64,000 nt of DNA, taken from NCBI GenBank assembly GCA_965230435.1, contig CBDDLB010000006.1, positions 1,928,270 through 1,992,269 of the forward strand. Reading direction: 5' to 3'. The notes beneath the pieces were generated by a model that saw nothing but the letters and a program-made list of their open reading frames with translations, was not told where the DNA came from and searched no databases. Below are positions 31,092 through 43,300 of this stretch, in pieces; positions within the stretch are counted from its first letter, which is position 1; each line of letters opens with the position of its first letter. This DNA is from Bacteroidales bacterium (GTDB lineage: Bacteria > Bacteroidota > Bacteroidia > Bacteroidales > JBDKHP01). A program made the translations under genes and the position numbers.

Positions 31092-34000
31092 ATGAAGAAA
31101 CTGAACGCTTTATATATTTGTTGTTTTGTTCTTATTGCCCTCAATACCTTTGCCCAGAACAATAATTATGTCACCTCGCGATACACGATCGCAGACGGTC
31201 TGCCGCATAACCGTGTCAGCTCATTAAAATTCGACCAACAAGGATTCTTATGGCTTGCTACTTCAAACGGACTTTTTAGGTTCGACAGCTATAAATTTAA
31301 AGAATATGCCCAGGTAAAAGCAGACACCTCATTTATAAACAGTCCATATCTAGAATCGTTGCTGGTTGATTCCAAGGGAAACATTTGGTCCGGATATTAC
31401 ATTGGTGGAATCATAAAATACAACCCCAAAGACCAATCTGTAGTATCCTATCTTCCAGACGATAAAGACTCCACCGCCATTTGCGGCAATAGAATTAGGA
31501 GCATCTGCGAAGATAAAGAAGGAAATATATGGGTAGGCTCTGGCGCAAACGGAATAGCAAAGCTTGATATAAAAACACAAACGTTCAAACATTACTTACG
31601 CAGAAAAACCAAATCTGGAGTATGGGTTGGACAAGACATAGGTGGTATTATCTGCACTCGGGACTCCAACATCTGGGCTGCAGGCATTGGAGGGCTATAT
31701 AAATACAACAAAAAGAAAGACCTATTCAAGAGAATTGGAGTTACAAAAAAAAGAAAAGGTGAAACTTTTGCCACCATAGCCGAAGACACTGTACGCAACT
31801 GCATATGGCTCGGTGGCTGGTTTAAGATGCTTGCCAGAATTGACCTAAAAACAGGCAAAGGAAAATGGAAAAGAACCCCGTTAGGACCAATAGTTGAAAT
31901 CCATCCCGACTCAAAAGGAGTATTATGGCTTGGAACTTGGGGCAATGGCATTCTCAGGTATGATGTAGATGCCAAGAAGTTCGAATCGCACACCTTTGAA
32001 GGAGACTCCACCGCATTTGCCAATGTAAAAACAATACGCAGTATTACAGAAGATACTTCTGGGGAAATATGGGTCAGCACACACTACTCTGGCATTCTTA
32101 GCATTTCGCAAAGCAAAGCATTCAAAAAACACGACCTACCTAGCTATGCAAAATCTCAGTTATACACACGCGATCTGGCCTATCTCGACAATAAACTATT
32201 CATAGCAACTCAAAAAGGATTACTGATAAAGCCAGACTCAGGCCAGTTCGAACACATAAAACGTAGAAGTTCAAAATACGACAATCTGGAACGAATATTA
32301 CGAGTAAACGACGATAAGCTATGGGTCACCAATCACGAATTCATAGATTCCCTTTATCTTAAAGACGGGAAGTATAAACTTAAAAAAATATGGTTGTTCA
32401 AAAAAGGAGCCTTTACAGACACACGTAAAGTAAGTGGAATGTTGCGTGACGGAGATTTAATCTACATCTCAACTATTCACTACCCAATAACAATATACAA
32501 ATACAACAAAAAAGGGAACCATAAATTCATAAAAAGGTTCAATCCTCAGAATAAAATAGAAGGTAGCGTATCCACCTCCAAAACAAACGATCTATTTAAA
32601 GATTCGAAAGGAAAAATCTGGATCGGCACTGTTGGCGGTCTTTATCAAATAAAGAATAAAGACAAAATGATTCCAGCACATCGGCTCATAAAAAATGGCA
32701 AGAAACTAGGCAGCGATCTTATTCTGGAAATAAAAGAAGATAACAAAGGCCGAATCTTAGTCTGCACAGGAAAAGGCTTAAACGTATTAACACCTTCTGA
32801 CAACGGGATGTATTCCCTTTCTGTTTACGATGACTCAAAGGGATTGCCCGAAAACAACGTAAGGTCGTGCGCTGTCGATCATGATGGAATCGTTTGGATC
32901 AGCACCAATACCAACATCGTCCGGATTAATCTTGATAGTGAAGAGGTTTCAGCTTTCGGCAGAAAAGACGGTATAAATGTGGAAGAGTTCACGAGATCTT
33001 CTATCGTTAAACCAGATGGGAAAATCATATTCGGAGGCAAAGGCTGTTACCTTGAATTCGATCCTTCGGAGGTGAAAATGTTAAAAAAAACGCCTAGGCT
33101 TGAACTGTCCGGTTTCAGCATTCTGAATAATCCTATAAAAGCTGGTGAAGAATTCAACAACAGGGTAATTCTAGAAAAAGCAATCAATTTTACAAAAAAG
33201 CTGAAAATAACTTATAAAGAAAAAGAATTCACAATTGAGCTGAGCTTGCTGGAATATCAGAAAAACAAAAACAATTTCTACGAATACAAACTTGTTGGTT
33301 TCGATCACGATTGGGTCCAACTGGGCAGGCAACGCTCCATATCTTTCACCAACCTTCCCGCAGGAAAATATGAGCTACAAGCCAGAGCCATCACCAGCGA
33401 AGGATATAAAATAAATCTGCCAACACCGTTAAAAATAACCGTCACCCCTCCTTGGTGGAAAACTGCCTGGTTCCGTATTTCTCTGATTATCTTCATCATT
33501 ACGACCTCGGTTTCTTTCTACCAGTATAGAATGAATGCCATTAAAGCACAAAACAGAAAACTGGAAGAACAAGTACAACAACGTACACAGGAGATCAAAC
33601 AGCAATCTGAAGAAATTAAAACCCAACGCGACAACCTTGTTGAGCAAAAATCCAAACTTGAAGATGCGAACCAACTTCTGAAAGACCGGCAGGAAGAAAT
33701 TCTGATGCGAAATGAAGAAATCCAACAACAGGCAGAGGAAATAACAGCCCAACGGGATTATGTTAAGAAGCAAAACCTTGAGATCGAAGAAGGTTTGAAG
33801 AACATGGAGCTATTAAGTGAGTTTGGTCAAAAACTCACAGCCACCCTTAGCCTCACTGTAATTTTACGCATGGTACATAATTATGTGGCCTCTATCGTAA
33901 AAACCGACGCTTTCGGGGTTGGCCTCTATCGGGACAAAAAGAAGCGGATAGATTATCATGCTTTCTACGAAGACGGGAAAGCCATAGATTTATTTTCAAA

Positions 34001-35087
34001 TGCACACGATCCACAAAAGAGTTTCTCGTCGTGGGCTATTGAAAACAAAAAAGAAATTTTCGAAAACAGTGTATTGAAGAACTTTCGGTTATACTTCAAC
34101 GAAGTACCGTCGCTTAATACTAGTTTCGAAGCAAAATCAGTTTTAGTATTTCCTTTATTTTCAGAAGAAAAAGTAATCGGGGTTTTCTCTGTTTATAGCC
34201 GCGAAGAAGATTCTTATTTGCAAAAAGACTTTGCATTCGTAAAAAGTTTGTCTGCATACATTTCTATTGCAGTGGCCAACGCCCGTTTGTATGGCGAAAT
34301 GAACCGCAAAAATGAGAACATTCAAAGTAGTATTGCTTATGCCAGAAATATTCAGAAAGCAATACTTCCACTAAAACAACATATGGACACATTTGTCCAA
34401 ACCTTTACCCTTTACATGCCGAAAGCTGTAGTATCCGGAGATTTCTACTGGCACACAGACATATCTGAGGGAGATAAAAAAGAGGCCTTCTTTGCTGTTA
34501 TAGACTGTACAGGACATGGTGTTCCCGGGGCTTTCATGTCCCTGATCGGAAACAGGATTCTGAACCGCATTGTTAACGAAAGAGGTGTCCACGAACCAGC
34601 GTCAATATTAACAGAACTAGATAAATTCATTATTGATGCTCTCAAACAACGAACAACCGAAAACAACGACGGTATGGACGTTGCCCTCTGCAAAGTCACA
34701 CAATCTGAGGAAGGGGCAACAGTGGTATATGCTGGAGCTAAACGAAACCTGATCCTTATTGATTCAAAAGGCGAAATAAACATAGCTAAAGGAACACGAA
34801 AATCTATCGGTGGAGCTAAATCCAGAAGAAACAATAAACATTTCACTTCCGAGACCATCGAACTAACCAAGGGAACCACTCTCTACTTAACTTCAGATGG
34901 CTATGCTGATCAGAACGGAGTTAACGAAAGCAAATTCGGTTCAGCCATGCTCTTGGACTATCTATCTAAAATTTATACAGAAGACATGGAAAAACAAGCC
35001 CACTTGCTGGAAAAAACCCTTCTTGAACACATGGGCGGCTTCGAACAACGCGACGACATTACCATCATGGGAGTCAAGATACTATAG
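31092..35087 (+). CDS. beta-propeller/YYY sensor - TM - coiled coil - GAF - PP2C phosphatase, paralog 3
   Basis: 1331 aa with a signal peptide ending TFAQ and the same domain order. It has the shortest coiled coil of the three. Confidence 0.85.
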   Translation: MKKLNALYICCFVLIALNTFAQNNNYVTSRYTIADGLPHNRVSSLKFDQQGFLWLATSNGLFRFDSYKFKEYAQVKADTSFINSPYLESLLVDSKGNIWSGYYIGGIIKYNPKDQSVVSYLPDDKDSTAICGNRIRSICEDKEGNIWVGSGANGIAKLDIKTQTFKHYLRRKTKSGVWVGQDIGGIICTRDSNIWAAGIGGLYKYNKKKDLFKRIGVTKKRKGETFATIAEDTVRNCIWLGGWFKMLARIDLKTGKGKWKRTPLGPIVEIHPDSKGVLWLGTWGNGILRYDVDAKKFESHTFEGDSTAFANVKTIRSITEDTSGEIWVSTHYSGILSISQSKAFKKHDLPSYAKSQLYTRDLAYLDNKLFIATQKGLLIKPDSGQFEHIKRRSSKYDNLERILRVNDDKLWVTNHEFIDSLYLKDGKYKLKKIWLFKKGAFTDTRKVSGMLRDGDLIYISTIHYPITIYKYNKKGNHKFIKRFNPQNKIEGSVSTSKTNDLFKDSKGKIWIGTVGGLYQIKNKDKMIPAHRLIKNGKKLGSDLILEIKEDNKGRILVCTGKGLNVLTPSDNGMYSLSVYDDSKGLPENNVRSCAVDHDGIVWISTNTNIVRINLDSEEVSAFGRKDGINVEEFTRSSIVKPDGKIIFGGKGCYLEFDPSEVKMLKKTPRLELSGFSILNNPIKAGEEFNNRVILEKAINFTKKLKITYKEKEFTIELSLLEYQKNKNNFYEYKLVGFDHDWVQLGRQRSISFTNLPAGKYELQARAITSEGYKINLPTPLKITVTPPWWKTAWFRISLIIFIITTSVSFYQYRMNAIKAQNRKLEEQVQQRTQEIKQQSEEIKTQRDNLVEQKSKLEDANQLLKDRQEEILMRNEEIQQQAEEITAQRDYVKKQNLEIEEGLKNMELLSEFGQKLTATLSLTVILRMVHNYVASIVKTDAFGVGLYRDKKKRIDYHAFYEDGKAIDLFSNAHDPQKSFSSWAIENKKEIFENSVLKNFRLYFNEVPSLNTSFEAKSVLVFPLFSEEKVIGVFSVYSREEDSYLQKDFAFVKSLSAYISIAVANARLYGEMNRKNENIQSSIAYARNIQKAILPLKQHMDTFVQTFTLYMPKAVVSGDFYWHTDISEGDKKEAFFAVIDCTGHGVPGAFMSLIGNRILNRIVNERGVHEPASILTELDKFIIDALKQRTTENNDGMDVALCKVTQSEEGATVVYAGAKRNLILIDSKGEINIAKGTRKSIGGAKSRRNNKHFTSETIELTKGTTLYLTSDGYADQNGVNESKFGSAMLLDYLSKIYTEDMEKQAHLLEKTLLEHMGGFEQRDDITIMGVKIL

Positions 35088-35246
35088 TCTCATTTTCTAC
35101 TTCTACAGCGAATTGAAATTCTGTAGGAAAACACATGAAATTCAATTAGGCTAAACGCATCAAAAACATTATATCCTGAAAATCTAGTGCGCACAAATAT
35201 TGAACGACTTGTGCCCTTCCGAAGTTATTTTTCACTTTACTAATAT

Positions 35247-35273
35247 AAAAAAGCTTCCCGAAGGAAGCTTTAT
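35247..35273 (-). terminator. bidirectional intrinsic terminator between convergent genes
   Basis: AAAAAGCTTCC-cgaa-GGAAGCTTTAT is a perfect 8-bp stem. An A-run on one side gives a T-run on the minus strand, directly downstream of the TPR gene stop. Confidence 0.7.
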
Positions 35274-35287
35274 AAAATCTTTTGTGC

Positions 35288-36487
35288 TTACTCTTCCAGC
35301 TTAGCTTTTATCTCATTGTACTTATCCATCATCTTAAGCTTATAGTACACTTCTTTAAGCGCCTGCATTGTTCCTTTGTCTTTAGGCTCAATTTCGTAAG
35401 CTTTTTCGAAATATGGAAGAGACTCTTTCAGTTTAGCATTAGCCTTCTCAATTAGCTCATCGTATTTTTTCTGATTTGCTGCTCCTGTTGGAGGTACTTC
35501 CTGAGCTTTTACTAGGAAATCGCGGCCTTGGTTATAGAACAACACACCAATGTTAAATTGTGCAGCGTAGAAATCCGGCTTCATTTCTGCAGTTTTTTCG
35601 TAAGCTGCTTTTGCTTCTTCTACTTTACCTTGCTTGTCGAACAAAGTACCTTTTACGTAGTGATAGATGTGTTTCTTAGGATCTTTCTTGATAGCCATAT
35701 CAAGATAGTTCAATGCCTCATCAGTCTTGTTTGTGCGTAAGTAGTAGTCGATAAGCTCGTCAATTAGAGGCTGGTTGTCTGCTGGGAATTTTTCGATACC
35801 GTCCTGAAGAACCTTGGCAACGTTTACAGAATCTTTTGTCTTAACCATAGCTTTAGCCATGTACACATACGTTTTAGCTCCTTCGTAGCCAAGTTCAGCA
35901 GCTTTCTTGTAGAATTTAACTGCTACTTCTGATTTCTCAGCATTATTCGCAGCTACAGCAGCATTGAAATAAGCAGAAGTATCGATAATACCAACCAATT
36001 CTGAAAGTTCTGTTGTACGAACAAACGCCTTCATCGCTTTATCGAAGTCTTTAGCCTCGAAACCTTTCTGTCCCTGAATAAGGTAAGCACGTTTAAGAGT
36101 ATTGCCTTGAACATTGTTATCTGCTAAGTGCTTATAAATTTTCTTCTTTTGCTTTCCTGGCTTCTTTGGGTGGTTTTTATCTAGCTCAAGAGCTTTAGTA
36201 AAGGCTTCATCTGCTTTCTCAATAGATTCATCTATAGTAGGCAATTTAGCTTTGTCTACTTTGTACATCTGACGAACGTTCTCCGGTTGAGAAAGAAGCT
36301 GAATTACATCTAAATAAGTCGTTCCACGTGAGATCCAAGTTTTTACTTTTGCACTCTTCTTCTCATTTGTGATGGCTTTGTTTGAATTCTGAATAGCGCT
36401 CTTCAATGCGCCTGGTTGCTTAAGTGTCTGGCCAAAAGCAGAGCTGATCCCTACTGCCAAAAGCAGTGTCAAAACTAAATTCTTCAT
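35288..36487 (-). CDS. tetratricopeptide-repeat protein, secreted
   Basis: Signal peptide MKNLVLTLLLAVGISSAFGQ (ATG 36487) followed by multiple TPR-like A/Y/K-rich helical repeats. It lies directly downstream of gyrA. Confidence 0.75.
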   Translation of the reverse strand: MKNLVLTLLLAVGISSAFGQTLKQPGALKSAIQNSNKAITNEKKSAKVKTWISRGTTYLDVIQLLSQPENVRQMYKVDKAKLPTIDESIEKADEAFTKALELDKNHPKKPGKQKKKIYKHLADNNVQGNTLKRAYLIQGQKGFEAKDFDKAMKAFVRTTELSELVGIIDTSAYFNAAVAANNAEKSEVAVKFYKKAAELGYEGAKTYVYMAKAMVKTKDSVNVAKVLQDGIEKFPADNQPLIDELIDYYLRTNKTDEALNYLDMAIKKDPKKHIYHYVKGTLFDKQGKVEEAKAAYEKTAEMKPDFYAAQFNIGVLFYNQGRDFLVKAQEVPPTGAANQKKYDELIEKANAKLKESLPYFEKAYEIEPKDKGTMQALKEVYYKLKMMDKYNEIKAKLEE

Positions 36488-36724
36488 TATTAAGTGATTT
36501 AGCAAGTTAATTTTTTCGAGCCAAAGGTATATAAAAAATGTACAGTTGATGAAAGCAAAAAAAGGAGAAACTGATGTTTGTAAACAGTAACATTAGAGGC
36601 AGGGACTTCACAAGGCAAAACAGCACATCCCTTCAATAATTACAGGTTATTCAGCTCCCCAAAAAAGAAAAGCACCCTACAGAGAGAGTGCTTCATATAT
36701 TATTAAATCCTAAAAAGGAAAGAG

Positions 36725-39286
36725 TTAGTCTTGACTTGGCTCTTCTGGCTGACTTTCTTCTGTAGCTGGGGCAATTGCCTCAGTTCCTTCTACAGCTTCA
36801 GTTCCTTCTAGGTTTTCATCTTCAAATCCATTTTCTTCATCTTCCTTCGCACCATCTTTCACACGGGCAACAGATGCGATAGAATCTTTTTCCTGAAGGT
36901 TGATCAAACGAACACCTTGCGCGGTTCTACCGAGCAAACGCAGTTCATTGGTTGCTAGGCGGATTGTAAGACCAGACTTGTTAATGATCATCAAGTGGTC
37001 GTCGTCAGTAACACCTTTTATTGCGATAAGCTTACCTGTCTTATCGTTGATGTTCATCGCTTTCACACCTTTACCACCACGGCTTGTACGGCGGTATTCG
37101 TCCTGTTTCGAACGTTTTCCGTATCCGTTCTCAGAAACCACAAGCACGTCGTACTCTTCGGCACGTAAGCAGACCATACCAACAACTTTGTCTCCCTCTT
37201 CTACCATCATACCGCGCACACCAGACGCTGTACGTCCCATTGGACGCACCTGCTCTTCGTTGAAACGGACTGCTTTTCCTGAGTTAGCTCCGATAATGAT
37301 ATCGCTGTTGCCATTTGTAAGTTTTGCCTCAAGAAGAATATCCCCTTCTCGGACGTTGATGGCATTGATACCATTCTGACGGGGACGTGAGTATGCTTCA
37401 AGTGTTGTTTTCTTGATAACACCATTACGTGTGATCATTACAATGTAATGATTCTTCAAGTAATCGTCGTCCTTAAGTGTTTTTACGTTGATGAACGCTT
37501 TCACTTTATCGTCCGGATCGATCTGTAATAGGTTTTGGATCGCGCGCCCTTTCGACGTTTTATTTCCTTCCGGCACTTCGTATACTTTCAGCCAGTAGCA
37601 TTTTCCCTTCTCTGTGAACAGCAAAATAGTGTTGTGCATGTCGGCTACGAACAAATAGCGCAAGAAATCCTCATCGCGCGCATCGCCACCTTTTGCTCCA
37701 CGGCCACCGCGCGACTGAGTACGGTATTCTGTAAGCACTGTACGCTTGATGTAGCCCATGTTCGAAATAGTAACAGCTACCTTTTCGTTGGCATAGAAGT
37801 CCTCTGGGTTGAACTCTTCCGATGCATAAACAATTTCTGTCTTACGCTCATCTGCATACTTGTTCTGAATCTCAAGAAGTTCCTCTTTAATGATATCCAT
37901 TCGCATGCTTTCGTTTGCTAGAATATCTTTTAGGTGGGCAATCATCTTCATCAGTTCATCGTATTCCTCTTTCAGTTTGTCTACCTCCATGTTGGTAAGT
38001 GCCTGGAGGCGCATGTCGAGGATTGCTTTTGCCTGAATCTCACTAAGACCGAAACGCTCCATCAGACCTTCCCTAGCAATATCAGGTGTTTTCGATGACT
38101 TGATGAGTTCAATAACCTCATCGATATTTTGAAGAGCAATAAGTTTACCCTCTAAGATGTGGGCATCTTTCTCTGCTTTTGCCAGTTCGAATTTCGTACG
38201 GCGTATCACTACTTCGTGACGGTGTTCTACGAAATGGTGAACAAGCTCTTTAAGGTTAAGAAGTTTTGGTCGGCCATTAACAAGGGCAATGTTATTTACG
38301 CTGAACGAAGTCTGAAGGGCGGTCATTTTGAAAAGCTTGTTCAAAACAACACTTGCCATTTCGTCGCGCTTAATGTCGAATACAATACGCATCCCTGTAC
38401 GGTCAGATTCGTCGTTCGCGTTTGTAATCCCCTCAAGTTTTTTTTCGTTAACAAGGTCTGCAACTTTAGCAATCAGTTCGGCCTTATTCACCATGTAAGG
38501 AATCTCTGTCACTACAATTTTTTCCCGACCATTTGGCTCTGTCTCAATCTCAGCTTTTGCACGGATAACAACACGTCCTCTGCCCGTTTCATAAGCATCC
38601 TTCACTCCCTCATAGCCATAAATGATACCTCCCGTTGGGAAATCCGGAGCCTTTACGTACTCCAACAGTTCTTCGATTTCGATATCGCGGTTGTCGATGT
38701 ACGCAACAGTTGCGTTGATAACCTCTCCTAAATTGTGGGGTGGCATGTTGGTTGCCATACCAACAGCAATACCCGAAGCCCCATTCACCAAAAGGTTCGG
38801 AACGCGTGTTGGCAATACGGTTGGTTCTTCTAGAGTGTCGTCGAAGTTAAGTTGAAAATCAACAGTATCTTTATCAATATCGCGAAGGGTTTCTTCCGCT
38901 ATTTTTTTAAGGCGAGCCTCGGTATAACGCATTGCCGCAGGGCTATCGCCATCCACAGAACCAAAGTTTCCCTGTCCATCGACAAGTCGGTAGCGCAACG
39001 ACCAATCCTGAGCCATACGCACCATTGCAAAATAAACCGATGAGTCACCATGTGGGTGATACTTACCTAATACCTCACCAACAATTCTGGCAGACTTCTT
39101 ATAAGGCCTATTGGAATAGACACCAAGTTCAGCCATTCCAAATAATACTCTTCTGTGTACTGGCTTTAGGCCATCGCGTACATCAGGAAGAGCACGTGAA
39201 ACAATTACCGACATCGAATAATCGATGTAGGCCGATTTCATTTCCTCTTCAATGCTAATAGGAATAATCTGTTGATTATCACTCAT
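36725..39286 (-). CDS. gyrA: DNA gyrase subunit A
   Basis: 853 aa with N-terminal GyrA motifs ([21 protein letters not shown]), the active-site Tyr context [10 protein letters not shown], and a C-terminal beta-pinwheel with an acidic tail. Confidence 0.97.
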   Translation of the reverse strand: MSDNQQIIPISIEEEMKSAYIDYSMSVIVSRALPDVRDGLKPVHRRVLFGMAELGVYSNRPYKKSARIVGEVLGKYHPHGDSSVYFAMVRMAQDWSLRYRLVDGQGNFGSVDGDSPAAMRYTEARLKKIAEETLRDIDKDTVDFQLNFDDTLEEPTVLPTRVPNLLVNGASGIAVGMATNMPPHNLGEVINATVAYIDNRDIEIEELLEYVKAPDFPTGGIIYGYEGVKDAYETGRGRVVIRAKAEIETEPNGREKIVVTEIPYMVNKAELIAKVADLVNEKKLEGITNANDESDRTGMRIVFDIKRDEMASVVLNKLFKMTALQTSFSVNNIALVNGRPKLLNLKELVHHFVEHRHEVVIRRTKFELAKAEKDAHILEGKLIALQNIDEVIELIKSSKTPDIAREGLMERFGLSEIQAKAILDMRLQALTNMEVDKLKEEYDELMKMIAHLKDILANESMRMDIIKEELLEIQNKYADERKTEIVYASEEFNPEDFYANEKVAVTISNMGYIKRTVLTEYRTQSRGGRGAKGGDARDEDFLRYLFVADMHNTILLFTEKGKCYWLKVYEVPEGNKTSKGRAIQNLLQIDPDDKVKAFINVKTLKDDDYLKNHYIVMITRNGVIKKTTLEAYSRPRQNGINAINVREGDILLEAKLTNGNSDIIIGANSGKAVRFNEEQVRPMGRTASGVRGMMVEEGDKVVGMVCLRAEEYDVLVVSENGYGKRSKQDEYRRTSRGGKGVKAMNINDKTGKLIAIKGVTDDDHLMIINKSGLTIRLATNELRLLGRTAQGVRLINLQEKDSIASVARVKDGAKEDEENGFEDENLEGTEAVEGTEAIAPATEESQPEEPSQD

Positions 39287-39526
39287 CTATATTAATTTTC
39301 GTTTTTGTTGTTTCCCGTTAAACGAGGCCAAAGTTTTTGAGGCCTAAAAACGCACTAAATTAGCTAAAAATCACGAGATAGAAAGAAGTCAACTTAACTT
39401 TTTATTAACAATAAAGCAGGCTGTTAATCATTTGTTGCAGAAATTATTGCAAGACTGATTTTTTCTTGGGAAACATTTTTTATTGCTATGATCTTTCCCA
39501 TTACTTTTGTGCAAAAACAAGAAACT

Positions 39527-40189
39527 ATGGATGTGCGAATGGAAGTTTCTTGGAAAGACCGCTTAAATGATGAGTTTTCCAAGCCTTATTTTATTGAATT
39601 AGTGGAATTTGTAAAACAGGAATATACAGCACAGACTGTTTATCCTCCTGGAAGCGAGATTTTCAGGGCTTTTGATCATTGCCCGTTCAATGATACGAAG
39701 CTCGTGATTATTGGTCAGGATCCATATCATGGCCCCCAACAGGCCAATGGGCTTTGTTTTTCGGTGCGTGATGGCATAAAACATCCTCCTTCGCTAAAAA
39801 ACATCTTCAAAGAGATTCAAGATGATATGGGCACTCCAATCCCCGAATCTGGCGACCTTGAGCGTTGGGCCAAACAAGGAGTGCTTTTGTTGAATGCCAC
39901 ACTAACGGTTCGTGCTTCGTCTGCGGGGTCGCATCAGAACAAAGGCTGGGAACTGTTTACTGATGCTGTGATAAAAACACTGTCGGATGAAAAAGAAAAC
40001 CTTGTATTTCTACTGTGGGGAGCTTATGCTCAGAAAAAAGGCGTTGTGATTGATAAATCTAAACATCATGTGTTGGAATCTGCTCACCCCTCTCCTTTTT
40101 CGGTACATCGGGGGTTCTTTGGGAACAAACATTTCAGCAAGGCTAATGCGTTTTTAGAGAGCAAAGGACTTCAACCTATTGAATGGTAG
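39527..40189 (+). CDS. ung: uracil-DNA glycosylase (family 1)
   Basis: Motifs GQDPYHGPQQANGLCFSV and HPSPFS. Start set at ATG 39527 (MDVRMEVSWKD). Confidence 0.92.
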   Translation: MDVRMEVSWKDRLNDEFSKPYFIELVEFVKQEYTAQTVYPPGSEIFRAFDHCPFNDTKLVIIGQDPYHGPQQANGLCFSVRDGIKHPPSLKNIFKEIQDDMGTPIPESGDLERWAKQGVLLLNATLTVRASSAGSHQNKGWELFTDAVIKTLSDEKENLVFLLWGAYAQKKGVVIDKSKHHVLESAHPSPFSVHRGFFGNKHFSKANAFLESKGLQPIEW

Positions 40190-40295
40190 TGTCTTAAAAA
40201 TCAACAGTCTGATTAACAACAAGTTGAACAACATTATAGATCGCTGTGTTTGCTAAACAAGATGCCTCTTGAAAAATTAGCTTTAAGCAAAAACG

Positions 40296-40333
40296 AAAAA
40301 GGGTTGTGACAATTTGCCACAACCCTTATTTTA
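40296..40333. terminator. bidirectional terminator hairpin between ung and GH31 gene
   Basis: AAAAAGGGTTGTG-acaatttgc-CACAACCCTTATTTTA lies between the two convergent stops. Confidence 0.6.
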
Positions 40334-40379
40334 TGCCGTCAAATCAGGAATATTCCTGATCTGCATGTGAATTATTCCA

Positions 40380-43300
40380 CTACGGCAAAACAGGCTGGTG
40401 ATCTTCCTGACCTACAGGTCGCTCACGCTGTATCACTCCATTGTACATAAATTCGAGAGTTAGAATTCGTTCTTCAAATACTTTGATGAACGAAATGTTG
40501 AGTGTTGGGTTGAAATACCAAACGTTTTTAGTAGAAGTATTGAAATTCGCTTCTATATCTGTACCATTATTTGTTGTTGCATAGAACGGTATTGTATTGC
40601 CGTTTACTTTGATTGTGCACAGATCATCTTTCTTTTGTTGATCGTTGATGATAGGCTCATTTGGATCGTGCAATATTGCAACATAGTAGTAAGGGCAAAG
40701 ATTATAGTTTGGTAAACTTCTCTCTTCTGCCATACGTTCGATATCGATAGTTCTATTCCAATTTTCACCAAACTCTTGTTTGATGTCAATACGACGATAT
40801 TCGTCTTTTGCTTCCGGATCACCACCCATTTCCACATCGATAGTTGGCGCCGAACTTCTGCTCTGTCCATCGTCGAGATACATTCTGTGTTCCGCTTTTT
40901 TGCAGTTCGGACTTGGGTAGCAATTCAAGGTAACAGGCATCGACTCGTTATGGTCGTCGTAATAAGCACCTACGTAACGTTCTGCTTCTGTAGATGGGAT
41001 AACAGCACCTTCGCGAACAAAAAGTGGAAGAACATAGCGTGAATGAATTGAATTTGGATCTGTACATCTGCTGTCTATTGCAGCATCGTAGTTAATTGTG
41101 TATCCTCCTTTTGCTGAAGAAGTAAGACTTCTTCTATTGTGTTGGAACTGGTACCAGTTGAAACCGTATGGGAAATAGATATCGCGCTGAGCAGTGTAGT
41201 TGCCATTACCCAAATCAGTTTGCTTATCCATAATTGGAGCAATCATCATGAATTTGCCAACGAAGAACTGATTGTTCAGGAACTCAATCTTATCGCTGAA
41301 TAATTGAGGATCCTCATCATCTTGCAAGAATAGAGGCCTTACGATTGGCATACCAGTGATAGTGTTCTCGAACATAGCATCGTAAAACATCTGCATTAAC
41401 TGATAGCGTAGTTTGATGTAGATTCTACATACAGGCAATACGCTCTCGTACATGAATCGGTCTTCTTTTCCTTCTGCTACATCTTGGAAACGGTATAGCT
41501 CTTGGAATTCCTTCTGGTCTTTTTGGATGTAGTGGTTGCGGAACCAAGGCAGGAACGCTCCTAGGGTTGTCCAACGGATAATCAGTTCTGGATCTGCCCA
41601 TCTGGCATCTGAGTTTTTCGGACGCTCGAAACCTCCTGTATCGGAGCCTGTAATTGGTTGGCCAGAAAGACCAAGTGCCAGAATCTGAGCTACATTGATT
41701 TTCAAAAAGTCCCACGTGGAAGCGTTATCACCAGTCCAAAGGCCTCCAAAACGGTGCATGCCGCTGAATCCGCCACGTCCAATGATAAAGTTTCTCTCGT
41801 CCTTTCTTTTTTCCAGTTCTTTTGAATCTAGAAGAACCTGACAAATTTGAGCAATTACTTCGTTGTTAAAGTTAAAATCAACAAGGGCTTTTCTTACATC
41901 TGTTTCGATGTTTTTCGATATCACTCTATAACAGTCGTAAGCATAGGTAGAAATTTCTTCTTTTAAAATTCCATTTTGTTTCAATAATGCCTGTAGGATA
42001 TCATTCGACTCTGTTTTCGTTAAAGCCTTGTCGTCCTTAATCACCCATGTAAAAGAAAGTAGGTGTATCTTCCATAGGTTGTTCAATCCATGATAAGTGG
42101 CTTTGTGCAGGTTGTATGAGTAAAGGTTACGGATTTTTCCCGCTGGAGATTTTCTATCAGCAATCTCACCTTTTGAGTAACGCGTGTCGAAATTGTCTGT
42201 AAGGAACAAGTTGAACGGGAACGATTTGTAGTTACAGCTTAAACCATATTTAGTTACGCCACCCATAGAGAAATTGAACCAGCTTTCACCATTACTTTCA
42301 AGATCATGAATGTTCTGGTTGATTGAGATAGCTGGAGTTGTCATATCTTGCCAGACCATAGACAAACCAGCGAGGTAAAGCTCTTTGTACTGCTGTCCCC
42401 ACCACATTCTGGCATCTCTTTTACCAAAATCTGTATAGTGACCGAAAGTACCTCTGTCACCACCATAATAAACACCACCTAAGTAAACACCATTATAATT
42501 GCCCTCTTGTTTATCCCAGTTAGGATCTGGGAAAGCTTTCTCATACCTTACAAAGTAGTTGTTGTCCATTCCACTCTTGAACGTACGGTAAGGATCGTCG
42601 TTCTGGAACGTGCCCATTACGTATGGGTTACTAATTACAGGTGTGATGTTCGTACTACACTTGATTTTGTATTTCAGCCCCTCTGTACCTGACATTCCAC
42701 CTGAAGAAATAGAAAAATCTTTCAATCTCTTGAACGTATCTGGAGCAAATTTAAGATTACCGTGCTCGTCCCTTGCCCTCATCGTAAAGGTGCAGTAGTT
42801 GGTCTGAATATCAACGTCTACATGAAGGCCATCGAAAGGAATATCGTTGCCACCATATCCGTTAACAACGTTTTCAAGAGCCTGAGTGCTTTCGTATCCG
42901 TAACCACCTTGGTGATACCCGAGTACATACCTAGGCTTCAAGCGGGCTTTACCTGCAAGGGTTGTAGATTTGCTAAGAATCTCTTTACTGCTGGCTCCTG
43001 TAAAAATACAGAAATCCATGTCGCCATACATTGTGGTGAACATGTATCTGTGCGAATCAGTAAAGCCCATGTCTAGAAGGGTCTGCGATGGATTGTTTAC
43101 AAAAATACCGTAAGAGCTGCATATTTCTGCACTTTCGCCATCGTACTCAATAAAGAACGGGTTGCTGTGGTAAAGTGGTTCGCGAGGATCTAGAGGGCCT
43201 TGACCGTGCATGCTCTCGTAGCGCATATTGTCGAAGTTGAAATAAGACAGCTGCTTGCTGTTTTTGCAGAGGTTAAATCCGCCTTTTTCTCCAAAACCGA

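Noticed and set aside
36900-38731. Several 128-190-aa plus-strand ORFs within gyrA, and similar antisense ORFs inside the sensor genes (for example 31592-32080 and 34445-34879).
   Set aside because: All are antisense or alternative-frame to long, motif-rich genes and have no recognisable features of their own.
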